DNA of 64,000 nt from Opitutia bacterium UBA6410 (GTDB taxonomy: Bacteria > Verrucomicrobiota > Verrucomicrobiia > Opitutales > Intestinicryptomonadaceae), in assembly GCA_002437405.1 (NCBI GenBank), contig DJPO01000006.1:6207-70206 (forward strand). The letters run 5' to 3'. Position 1 is the stretch's first letter. Each line of letters starts with the position of its first letter. A program made the position numbers and the translations under genes. Below the pieces are notes generated by a model that was not told the origin of the DNA, did not search any database, and saw nothing but the letters and a program-made list of their open reading frames with translations. Positions 34,720 to 43,213 of this stretch are shown piece by piece.

Positions 34720-35805
34720 ATGACGGACGAATTTTTCAACAAAAGAGTCTACGTCGGCACATACGAACCGATTTTCCGCTTTGTCGAATTCGGGGACTCG
34801 GCCAATTATTGGATTAAGCTCAAGTACTACGTCAACCGCGACGACTATCAATCGGTCAAGCAATCTCGCGGGGCGGCGTTGGATTTCGAGATTGAAAACC
34901 TCGACGGAGAACCGATTTTCGGCGATGTCCCCGCAGAGCATTTGGCGACGTTACAAAGTCGCGGCTATGTCCTCGGAGCGCAGTCTCCCGAACCCGCAAA
35001 CGAGGAGGGCGACTTGCTGCTCGTAACCGAAACATACGTCTACGCCCCGCCCAAAACCTATGTAGTGCCCGACTCCGACGTAGTGCCGATCTGGGGCGTC
35101 GAGGATACCGACTACGCGACAAAATCGTCGATTATAATGGGCGTCAATGCGGGTAATGTGCTGTCAAACCAGTTTTACCACCACACAGTGATCGCGGTCT
35201 CCAACCCCGCCGCGTTTAAAACTGGCGACTGGGTAATCGCCCATTTCAACTGCTCGTTCGGCTACAACCACTCCATTTGGGGGGTATTTTGGTTCGGCGG
35301 CGCGTGGGTTGAGTCGCTTACGCCGTTGCGGATTGTCCGCAAGTGGGGCAAATATGTCGAGCTCGACGGTGTTATCGGCTACGGAGATCAAGACGACGCC
35401 TACCAAGACATGGAAAACCATTCGCTGCCGCCGATCGAAGGTTTTTTCAAATGCCTAAACGGCGGCGGACTGCGCGAAAGTATCAACCTACTTATGCGCC
35501 CGATATCGGGATATTTAATGAGAGCTTATTCGACAAGAGTCTACCGCCGCCGCCGCGCCCCGATCCGCGAGGAAATAACCTTTTCGTTCGCAGAACCCGA
35601 TTTGACAGACAAGGAAATCTTCCAACCGCAACAGGAATCGGGCTTCGAATCCAATAAGATTTCGCGCGAAACAACAATCTCGCCCGCCGCATGGAGGGCA
35701 AAAGTCGCCCGAGGCGATTGGTATCAATACGCCGAGCCCGAACCGAAATTCGACCGCGAAAACGGCATTTACGAACTTCGAATCAGAAAAACAAAGTGTA
35801 TATAA
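34720..35805 (+). CDS. Hypothetical structural protein downstream of the tape measure (tail tip candidate)
   Basis: 361-aa ORF. The assignment is positional only. Confidence 0.45.
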   Translation: MTDEFFNKRVYVGTYEPIFRFVEFGDSANYWIKLKYYVNRDDYQSVKQSRGAALDFEIENLDGEPIFGDVPAEHLATLQSRGYVLGAQSPEPANEEGDLLLVTETYVYAPPKTYVVPDSDVVPIWGVEDTDYATKSSIIMGVNAGNVLSNQFYHHTVIAVSNPAAFKTGDWVIAHFNCSFGYNHSIWGVFWFGGAWVESLTPLRIVRKWGKYVELDGVIGYGDQDDAYQDMENHSLPPIEGFFKCLNGGGLRESINLLMRPISGYLMRAYSTRVYRRRRAPIREEITFSFAEPDLTDKEIFQPQQESGFESNKISRETTISPAAWRAKVARGDWYQYAEPEPKFDRENGIYELRIRKTKCI

Positions 35806-35823
35806 TATAGAGAGGAAAAAAAT

Positions 35824-36159
35824 ATGGCCGATTCAGACTATCTACGCAACGACGCCCAACTGCCGACAATCAAAAAGGTTTTGAAGAAGGAATTTGGGAT
35901 AGAAACCTCGACACTGCTCGACCGAGTTGAAGCCGCCGAAGAAAAGGCGGCAAACACGACAACAGTATCGCTAAGCCTGCCGACCGCGAGCCTGACAAAA
36001 CTGCAAGGCATATTAGTAGCCGACGGAGTAATCACAGCCGCCGCCAACGCCACCGCAACAAACTACGCCGAATGGCTCGACACCCAAGTTGAAACAGTCT
36101 ACGCGCAATACCTTTCGGACGGAAAGATAAAAACCACAGACGACACCCAAACAACCTAA
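35824..36159 (+). CDS. Hypothetical protein, last gene before the right end
   Basis: 111-aa ORF with a GAGGAAAAAAA SD-like stretch upstream. Confidence 0.45.
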   Translation: MADSDYLRNDAQLPTIKKVLKKEFGIETSTLLDRVEAAEEKAANTTTVSLSLPTASLTKLQGILVADGVITAAANATATNYAEWLDTQVETVYAQYLSDGKIKTTDDTQTT

Positions 36160-36172
36160 CCCACCCCACACC

Positions 36173-36207
36173 GCAAGCCCCATGCAACACCCCTGCACGG
36201 GGCTTGC
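36173..36207 (+). terminator. Stem-loop after the last late gene (no T-run)
   Basis: GCAAGCCCC (36173-36181) pairs with GGGGCTTGC (36199-36207) around a 17-nt loop. Confidence 0.35.
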
Positions 36208-36240
36208 AACATTAGTTCATTTGCAGGCAAAATACGCCGA

Positions 36241-36288
36241 TTTCCTCAAACGCTCGATTTATTTCCTCAAACCAAATGCGCGGATACA
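36241..36288 (-). repeat. Prophage right end with two inverted copies of the same motif
   Basis: TTTCCTCAAACG (36241-36252) and TTTCCTCAAACC (36262-36273) are reverse complements of the left-end motif. The element ends ...GGATACA at 36288. Confidence 0.75.
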
Positions 36289-36305
36289 TTTGTCTGTCGG
36301 GATTT

Positions 36306-38030
36306 TTATCTGCCCGAGAACTTTTTGATGTCGTCGGGAATCAGCGAGTCGATTGCGTTCGACCTCACCGCCGAGTCGTAGACGCCCGAGAGCTTTTTCA
36401 GCGCGCTTGCCGTCTGCGCCATATCGTATCCGTAGAGCGGGTAGAACGACGAAACGTCGAGGTTGCGCAATTCCGATTTAATCACCTGCGACAAGTCCTG
36501 CAGATAGGAGCGGAATTTTCTGTCGAAGCTGCCCTTGTCCATTCTGTGTTTGAAGTCCTTGGCGTATTTGCCGATTGTAGCGCCGATTGTCGGGAGCTTG
36601 TCCATGTCGCCGAGGCGTGTCGAAGCGTTTAGCGTGATGAAGTCCTGAAGGAGCATATTGGCGGATTCGAGCTTCTTGCGCTGCTTTTCGAGCTTGTCGA
36701 AGTCGAGCTTGTCCCAGCGCGAGAGTTTGTCGAGGCGCATACAGGTCAGGAAGTTGTTGCGGTTGTCGAAGATTCGGCGCATTTGCGAGACGCTTCTGGA
36801 GTTTTTCCAATTAACGTCTGGATACTTGGGGCGCAGATTTATCATCGACCCGAGAATCGTCCCGTCGTAGGGGTTAATCAGAACCGTGCCCTCGACGAAG
36901 GAGCTCGGCACGCGCGAGGAGAGCACGAGCGTGTTGTCCGAAACCGCGTTCAGTTTTATCGGGAAAATCTGGATATTGTTCTGGGTGTAGCCCATGAAGA
37001 AAATGGATTTGCCGACGATTTTACGGTAGTCCTTTTCCTCCGCGAGCGTCGCGACCTGCGTGGTTTCGGGCAGCGATTTTATCATTGCGATGACGAACGG
37101 GAAATCCTTCGAGGCGTAGATTTCCTCAGGGTCGAATTCGATTTCCTCGCCGAGGTTGTTCATAATTCTGACATTCGGGCCGTCCGCGAACGCTTCAAAG
37201 GGAATCAGGACGACTTTCTTGCCGTGCATTTCGGCGGGTACGCCGATTACGCGCTTTTTGCCTTCGACGAGCAGGGTGTGTTTGTTGAAAATTTCGCGCG
37301 TTTTGACGTTCAGTTCCGCGAGGCTCGCGGGGGTTTTTTTCTCCGCCTTTGCAGAACCCGACGCAGCGGCAGTTCCCGCGGCAGTGCCCGTCGCGCCCGC
37401 AACTTCCGCCGCCTGCGCGGCTGCGTTTGTCCCGCTCTTTGCGGCGTTGTCGACTACTCCCGAGAATTTTTTAAGCTCGTTGTACTGGCTCAAAAAGTCG
37501 TCGGGGTATTTTTTCTTCAAGACCTCTTTTGTTATCGCGAAAGTCGAGGCGTCGATTGACGGCAGCGGCTTGAGCGTTTCGATTTGCGATTTCGCCGTAA
37601 TCTGGGCGTTAATCGTTTCGACGAATTTGTTGAAGTCCGATTCCCCGCTTTCCTCGAACTTCTTTTTGAGCGACGCATACGCTGCCGCCCCGATTTGAGC
37701 CTTGAGGTCGGCGAGTCCCGCTGCGGCGACCGCCTGTTCGGTGATGAAAGTTTCCTGCGACACGAAGTCGAGCGGATATTTTTTTGCGGCGAGCTTTTTG
37801 ATGGTCTCGACCGCGTCGGGGTCGGCGGCGAGCGCGAGGTTCTGGATACTTTCCCACGCGTTCATCTGTTTTACGAGCCACGTTTTCGCCGCCGCCTTGT
37901 TGGACGGCTGCAGCTGCGCGGCTTTTTCTTTGAGTTGGGTTTTGAGGTCGGCGGGCATTTCCTGCGAATAGGAGGGTAGCGCGGAAATACTTGCCAAAAT
38001 AAATAAAGCGGCAAATTTTTTCATACGCAA
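36306..38030 (-). CDS. Secreted protein of unknown function with internal repeats
   Basis: The signal peptide is MRMKKFAALFILASISALPSYSQ. A repeated KKYP(L/D)DF(V/L)SQ module is present, plus an Ala/Thr/Gly linker. Confidence 0.6.
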   Translation of the reverse strand: MRMKKFAALFILASISALPSYSQEMPADLKTQLKEKAAQLQPSNKAAAKTWLVKQMNAWESIQNLALAADPDAVETIKKLAAKKYPLDFVSQETFITEQAVAAAGLADLKAQIGAAAYASLKKKFEESGESDFNKFVETINAQITAKSQIETLKPLPSIDASTFAITKEVLKKKYPDDFLSQYNELKKFSGVVDNAAKSGTNAAAQAAEVAGATGTAAGTAAASGSAKAEKKTPASLAELNVKTREIFNKHTLLVEGKKRVIGVPAEMHGKKVVLIPFEAFADGPNVRIMNNLGEEIEFDPEEIYASKDFPFVIAMIKSLPETTQVATLAEEKDYRKIVGKSIFFMGYTQNNIQIFPIKLNAVSDNTLVLSSRVPSSFVEGTVLINPYDGTILGSMINLRPKYPDVNWKNSRSVSQMRRIFDNRNNFLTCMRLDKLSRWDKLDFDKLEKQRKKLESANMLLQDFITLNASTRLGDMDKLPTIGATIGKYAKDFKHRMDKGSFDRKFRSYLQDLSQVIKSELRNLDVSSFYPLYGYDMAQTASALKKLSGVYDSAVRSNAIDSLIPDDIKKFSGR

Positions 38031-38139
38031 AAAATCCTACGCCCGCAAAACGCGCGTGTCAAACATTTCTTGAGGGCGCGCGCGCATAAATTTTAGCTTG
38101 AAGCGCGGTTGCGGCTTTGCTTGAATAGGCGAATATCCA

Positions 38140-39636
38140 ATGAAATTCATATCGAAAATTTTATCGTTCTTCGGAAAATCCGATTCCACGAAAAACCCCC
38201 GCAAAGGCGTTAAAAATTCCCGCCAAAACGGCGGACGTACGGCCGACGGCGCGGAAAAGCGCTCTTCGCGCAACCGCAGACAGGGCGACGCCCGCCGCGA
38301 ATCGGGCGGCAGACGCCGCGGACAGACGGACGGGCGCAACCCGCGCCGCCGCGCGCGTGAAGAATCCGAAGAGCCGCAAATCCAAGAGAGCGCAGTAAAG
38401 CGCGAGCCGAAGATCGTTCCCCAACCCTATCCCGCAGAGCAGCTCGCCGCCGACGTTCCCGAATTCGCGAAATTCGACTTGGGCGCGGAAGTCCTCTCCG
38501 CCGTAAAAGATATGGGCTACCTTTCGCCGACCCCAATCCAGAGCGCGGCGATTCCCGTGATTTTGCAGGGGCGCGACGTCATCGGAACGGCGCAGACGGG
38601 CACGGGCAAGACGGCGGCGTTTGCGCTGCCGACGATAAAGCTCGCGGGCGGGCACTCCGACATCGGCCCGAGAATTTTGGTGCTAAGCCCCACGCGCGAG
38701 CTCGCCGCCCAGAGCGCGGAAGCTTTCGTGAACTTCTCGAAATACACGCCCCTTGAAACGCTGCTGGTTCAGGGCGGGACTTCGATGGACAAGCAGATAC
38801 GTGCGCTGCGCTCGGGTGTCGACGCGGTTGTCGCCACCCCGGGCCGCCTGCTCGACCATATCCGCCAGCGCAATCTGACCCTCAAAAACGTCCAGTGGCT
38901 GATTCTCGACGAAGTCGACAGAATGTTCGATATGGGCTTTATCGAAGACGTTTCCAACATCATCAGATACTGCCCCAAGCAACGCCAGACACTGTTTTTC
39001 TCGGCGACTATGCCCGACGCGGTTTTGCGCCTTTCCAAGTGGGCGTTGAAAGACCCCGAAAGCGTGGGAGTCGGCATCGTGCACTCGCCCGCCGATACCG
39101 TCGAGCACTTTATATATCCTGTCGACGGAATCCAGAAGTACGATATGCTCGTCGAAATTCTCAAGGGGCTCGACGACGTTAAAAGCCTCATAGTCTTCAC
39201 CCGCACGCGCATGGACGCCGACAGAATCGGCGAATGGCTCGAGGCCCACTCGTACAGCGTCTCGACCCTCCATTCCGACAGATCCCAGCGCGAGCGCGAC
39301 AAGGCGCTCTCCGACTTCAAAGAGGGCAAAACCCACATTTTGGTCGCAACCGACATCGCCTCGCGCGGGCTGGACATCTCCAACGTCGGCTACGTCATAA
39401 ACTTCAACGTCCCCGAGCACTCGGAAGACTACGTCCACCGCATCGGGCGCACTGGCAGAGCCAACAAGGAGGGCAAGGCAATCACCCTCTATTCCTCCGA
39501 CGAAACCGAATTTTTGAAGAGAATCGAAGCCTTTATCGGCGAGCACATCGAACGCCGCAAGCTCGAGGGTTTTGCCTATCGTACCGAGCCGCGCCTCGAA
39601 GAGCCCGTCGCGAAGAAACGCCGCCGCAACCGATAG
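38140..39636 (+). CDS. DEAD-box ATP-dependent RNA helicase (RhlE-like) with Arg-rich N-terminal extension
   Basis: Motifs AQTGTGKTAAF, PTRELA, DEVD, SAT and HRIGRTGR. Confidence 0.92.
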   Translation: MKFISKILSFFGKSDSTKNPRKGVKNSRQNGGRTADGAEKRSSRNRRQGDARRESGGRRRGQTDGRNPRRRAREESEEPQIQESAVKREPKIVPQPYPAEQLAADVPEFAKFDLGAEVLSAVKDMGYLSPTPIQSAAIPVILQGRDVIGTAQTGTGKTAAFALPTIKLAGGHSDIGPRILVLSPTRELAAQSAEAFVNFSKYTPLETLLVQGGTSMDKQIRALRSGVDAVVATPGRLLDHIRQRNLTLKNVQWLILDEVDRMFDMGFIEDVSNIIRYCPKQRQTLFFSATMPDAVLRLSKWALKDPESVGVGIVHSPADTVEHFIYPVDGIQKYDMLVEILKGLDDVKSLIVFTRTRMDADRIGEWLEAHSYSVSTLHSDRSQRERDKALSDFKEGKTHILVATDIASRGLDISNVGYVINFNVPEHSEDYVHRIGRTGRANKEGKAITLYSSDETEFLKRIEAFIGEHIERRKLEGFAYRTEPRLEEPVAKKRRRNR

Positions 39637-39637
39637 T

Positions 39638-40294
39638 ATGCGAAAGTTTTTCCGCTGCGTTTTCCGAATCCTCGCCGCCGCGCTTCTTGCGGTCGCGGCA
39701 TTCGGCGTGTACAGCTATGTCGTGCTCGACTCCTACCACGCGACGGAGGACGTTTCGAAAATCGGGACTGGGCGCGAATGCGGACTGCTTTTGGGGACTT
39801 CGAAATTTTTGAAGAGCGGCAGACCGAACCTCCAATACAACGCCCGCATAGACGCCGCCGTAAAACTCTACAAGGCGGGAAAAGTCTCGCGGATAATCGC
39901 AAGCGGCGACAACCGCGACAAATACTACAACGAACCCGCCCAAATGAAGCGCGACCTAATCGCGGGCGGTGTCCCCGAGTCCGCAATATCGACCGACCCG
40001 CTTGGCTTGCGCACCTACGATTCGCTCAAGCGTTGCCGCGGGGTTTTCGGGGTCGTAAACCCCGTGATAATAACCCAGCAGGCGCATTGCCGCCGCGCAC
40101 TGTTTTTGGCGGAGAGCCTCGGAATGGACGCCGAGGGCTTCGCCGCCGCGACTCCCGATTTTTCGAAGGACAGATTGGTTGTCGACGCCCGCGAAATGTT
40201 GGCGAAAATGAAAGCAGTCGGCGAAGTTTATATTTCTTCCGCGATTTTCGCCAACGAAAGCCTTTCCGAAGCGGTAAAAGGGCTTTTCCGCTAA
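39638..40294 (+). CDS. sanA: SanA/YdcF (DUF218) family envelope protein
   Basis: An N-terminal TM is followed by LLLGTSKF...ASGDNRDKYYNEPAQMKRDLIAGGVP...IITQQAHCRRALFLA, closely paralleling E. coli SanA. The ATG is at 39638. Confidence 0.8.
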   Translation: MRKFFRCVFRILAAALLAVAAFGVYSYVVLDSYHATEDVSKIGTGRECGLLLGTSKFLKSGRPNLQYNARIDAAVKLYKAGKVSRIIASGDNRDKYYNEPAQMKRDLIAGGVPESAISTDPLGLRTYDSLKRCRGVFGVVNPVIITQQAHCRRALFLAESLGMDAEGFAAATPDFSKDRLVVDAREMLAKMKAVGEVYISSAIFANESLSEAVKGLFR

Positions 40295-40418
40295 TCGGCA
40301 GCGGGCGCGGCGCGGGAACAAATCGGCGCGCAGTCGGCTAATCGTTTCGGCGGAGTCGGGGGCGGCGCGAATCCCGCAAAATTGCATTTTCCCCGAACAA
40401 ATTATTTCCGCTAAAAAA

Positions 40419-40452
40419 CAAAAAAAGGGGAACTTCGAAAAAAAAGTTCCCC
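40419..40452 (-). terminator. Rho-independent terminator of dapF
   Basis: GGGGAACTT (40427-40435) pairs with AAGTTCCCC (40444-40452). A T-run follows on the minus strand (the A-run at 40419-40426). Confidence 0.7.
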
Positions 40453-40478
40453 TTTCGGAAAATTTTCGTTTTTCCGAA

Positions 40479-41339
40479 TTATTTAATCGGGACGTTTTGC
40501 GTCAGAACCGACGGCGACATTTCGTAGACGCCGACTTTCGTCGCGGGGCCGCTCATCGTAATGGAGTAGTCGGGGGCGATTTTTATCGAGAGGTCGCCGC
40601 CTTCCATGTGGACTGTGATGTCGCCGTCGCAAAGCCCGAGCTTGTGGGCGACCGACGCCGCCGCGCTCGACGAGCTGCCCGAAGCGAGGGTGTAGCCCGC
40701 GCCGCGTTCCCATATCTCGATTTTGATGTTGTTGCGGTCGAGAACTTGGAGGAGCTGGACGTTCGTGCGGTTGGGGAAGAGGGAGGTCATATTTTCGATG
40801 ACCGGGCCGATTTCGCGCGCGAGTTTTTCGGAGACTTCCTTCATCGGGAGCACGCAGTGGGGGTTGCCGACCGTCGCGCAGCAGTAGGTGTATTTTTTGC
40901 CGTTGATTTCGAATTCCTCGTTGACGACTTCGCGCTTTGCGCCGACGACGGGGATTTTTTCGGAGTCGAAGCTCACCTTGCCCATATCGACCGTGATGAA
41001 ATCGCCGCCCTTGGAGACCACGCATTTGACGACTCCGCCGAGCGTGTCGACCGTGAAGGGCTGGTTTTCGGCGACTCTGCCCGTGTCGAACAGGTAGCGC
41101 GAGAAAATGCGCAGGCCGTTGCCGCTTTTTTCGGCTTCGCTTGCGTCGGGGTTCAGGATTCTGACCTTGAAGTCCGCCTTGTCGGTTTTTTCGGGGCCGT
41201 AGAGAATGCCGTCCGAGCCGAGCCCGAAGTTGCGGTGGCAGATTTTAACGACATCGATACCCGTGGGCATTTCGGGGCAGTCGACGGGGTCGAGTACCAG
41301 ATAGTCGTTTCCGAGAGCGTGATATTTGGTGAATTTCAT
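40479..41339 (-). CDS. dapF: Diaminopimelate epimerase
   Basis: Motifs YHALGNDYLVLD, NPDASEAEKSGNGLRIF and VGNPHCV. The start is MKFTKYH at 41339. Confidence 0.92.
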   Translation of the reverse strand: MKFTKYHALGNDYLVLDPVDCPEMPTGIDVVKICHRNFGLGSDGILYGPEKTDKADFKVRILNPDASEAEKSGNGLRIFSRYLFDTGRVAENQPFTVDTLGGVVKCVVSKGGDFITVDMGKVSFDSEKIPVVGAKREVVNEEFEINGKKYTYCCATVGNPHCVLPMKEVSEKLAREIGPVIENMTSLFPNRTNVQLLQVLDRNNIKIEIWERGAGYTLASGSSSSAAASVAHKLGLCDGDITVHMEGGDLSIKIAPDYSITMSGPATKVGVYEMSPSVLTQNVPIK

Positions 41340-41466
41340 CGTGTCTTTGCGTTTTTTTGAAGTCGTGAATCTGTGTTTTTTCGGCGCATATTTCAAGTTT
41401 TTTTCTGCCGATATAAAAAATTCCTGCTTGGAAAATTTGCCGCGATGTGCCAAAAATATCCGCTAA

Positions 41467-43134
41467 ATGATGGAATTTTTGAAAATAGAGAACCTCGCAT
41501 TGCTCGAGCGCGCGGAAGTCGACTTCAAACAGGGATTTACGGTCGTAACAGGCGAGACGGGCGCGGGCAAAAGCGTGCTGCTGGGGGCGTTGTCGATGCT
41601 CGCGGGGGCGCGCAAGGGCAGGGAGATTGTCGGGGGATATTCCGACACTTGCAGGGTCGAGGCGGTTTTGCGGTTTGCCGATACTTCGGAAATCGACGCG
41701 CTGCTCGAGTCCGCGGGGCTGCCGCCGTGCGAGGACGGCGCGCTTTTGATAGCCCGCACGATAAGCGCGACAAAGCCCGCAAAGGCGTTTGTAAATTCTT
41801 CGCCCGCATCGCTTTCGTTCTTGGCGGAGCTTGGGAAGCTGTGGATAGACTTCCACGGCCCCGGCGAGCCGCAAAAACTTTTTTCGGGCAAAAACCAGCT
41901 CGCGATGCTCGACACATTCGCGGGCGACGGTGCCGAAACCGCCGAATATATGAAATTGTACGGCGAGCGCAAACAGACGCTTTCGGCTCTCGAAAAGCTC
42001 GAGCAGGGCGGGAGTCTGGGGGCGGACGAAGTCGAATTTTTGAAGTCGCGGATAGCGGCAATCGACGCGGTGAACCCGACGGAGGACTCCATTGCCGAGC
42101 TTGAAAGGCAGTCGAAAATCGCGGAGTCCGCGAGCGACATAACGGAAAAGTCGGCGGCTGCGGCGGAGTCGATAAACGGCGACGGGGGCGCGCTTGCGTC
42201 GGTCGCCGCGGCGGCGAAGTGCGGAGCGGAGATAGCGCGGTTTTCGCCCGAGGCGAAATCGCTTTGCGAACGCCTTTCGGGGGCGGCTCTCGAGCTTTCG
42301 GACATCGCGGCGGAATACGAAAACCTCGCGCGCTCCTCCGATATGGACGAGGCGCAAATTGCGCAAATCCGCGAAAAGATGACCGACTGGCTCGGGCTTT
42401 GCCGCAAGTACGGCGGGAGCGTCGAGTCGGTACTGGCGGCTCGCGCGGAGATGGCGGAGAAAATTGAAATGCAGTCCGACGTAAGGGCGTCGGCGCAAAG
42501 ACTGCGCGAGCGCGCCGAGGAGCTCGCCGCAAAACTCGAGCCGATTGCAAACCGCATATTCTCGCTAAGAACCGCCGCGGCGAAGAAACTCGCGGCGGAG
42601 GCGGCTGAAGTTCTGCTTTCGCTCGGCTTTAAAAACGCGCGCTTGGACATAGGTCTGGAGCGCACCGCCGAGCCGTCGCCCGACTGCGGGAGCTTCTGCG
42701 AATTCGCCTTTTCCGCGAACCCTGGCCAGCCCCTGCGCCCGCTCGCGAAAATCGCGTCGAGCGGCGAGCTCGCGCGCGTTATGCTCGCGCTCAAAACGGT
42801 TCTCGCGGACACGGATTCGACCCCGATTCTCGTTTTCGACGAAGTCGACGCGAACGTCGGCGGGGAAATCGGCGCGGAAGTCGGAAAACTGCTCGCGCGG
42901 CTCGCGCGCTCGCATCAGGTTTTTTGCATAACACACCTGCCGCAAGTCGCCGCATGTGCCGATTCGCACTTCCTCGTCGAAAAAACGCAGACCGAAACCG
43001 ACACGAGCGTCTCGATTTCCGAAATCGACTCCGACGCCCAGCGGCGCGTATCCGAGCTCGCCAGAATGCTCGGCGACAGGCATTCGCAGTCCGCGCTCGA
43101 GCACGCCCGCAAACTTCTCGACAAAAATTTTTGA
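41467..43134 (+). CDS. recN: DNA repair protein RecN
   Basis: 555 aa. It has an N-terminal GETGAGKS motif, long coiled coils and a C-terminal SGGELARVMLAL...LVFDEVD region. Confidence 0.93.
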   Translation: MMEFLKIENLALLERAEVDFKQGFTVVTGETGAGKSVLLGALSMLAGARKGREIVGGYSDTCRVEAVLRFADTSEIDALLESAGLPPCEDGALLIARTISATKPAKAFVNSSPASLSFLAELGKLWIDFHGPGEPQKLFSGKNQLAMLDTFAGDGAETAEYMKLYGERKQTLSALEKLEQGGSLGADEVEFLKSRIAAIDAVNPTEDSIAELERQSKIAESASDITEKSAAAAESINGDGGALASVAAAAKCGAEIARFSPEAKSLCERLSGAALELSDIAAEYENLARSSDMDEAQIAQIREKMTDWLGLCRKYGGSVESVLAARAEMAEKIEMQSDVRASAQRLRERAEELAAKLEPIANRIFSLRTAAAKKLAAEAAEVLLSLGFKNARLDIGLERTAEPSPDCGSFCEFAFSANPGQPLRPLAKIASSGELARVMLALKTVLADTDSTPILVFDEVDANVGGEIGAEVGKLLARLARSHQVFCITHLPQVAACADSHFLVEKTQTETDTSVSISEIDSDAQRRVSELARMLGDRHSQSALEHARKLLDKNF

Positions 43135-43213
43135 CAATCTCCGACTGGGGACGATTTAATATAGACAAAAACGCGCCGCAGATTCCCGCGCGCGGCACAT
43201 CCTATTTTTTACA

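Larger units (their letters stand above)
4534..36288. mobile_element. Mu-type transposable prophage (about 31.8 kb), apparently complete
   Basis: It encodes a MuA-like DDE transposase, MuB-like ATPase, Gam, DUF935-type portal, Mu I-like protease/scaffold, MuF-like protein, terminase and tape measure. There is no integrase or tRNA. Termini are TGT...ACA, with the GGTTTGAGGAA motif starting 16 nt from each end. Confidence 0.85.

Noticed and set aside
4534-36288. Integrase/att-tRNA type integration
   Set aside because: The element contains no tyrosine or serine recombinase and no tRNA or direct att repeats. The transposase, MuB-like gene and inverted end motifs indicate transposition.
4529-36293. 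Exact 5-bp Mu-type target-site duplication
   Set aside because: With TG...CA termini the 5-nt flanks are TTTTG and TTTGT, which are not identical. Only a 4-nt TTTG, or a 1-nt shifted boundary, gives a perfect duplication, so I report it as unresolved.
41245-42812. Several 340-450-aa minus-strand ORFs over recN
   Set aside because: They are Arg/Ser/Ala-rich shadows. RecN on the plus strand carries the SMC-like Walker A and signature regions.
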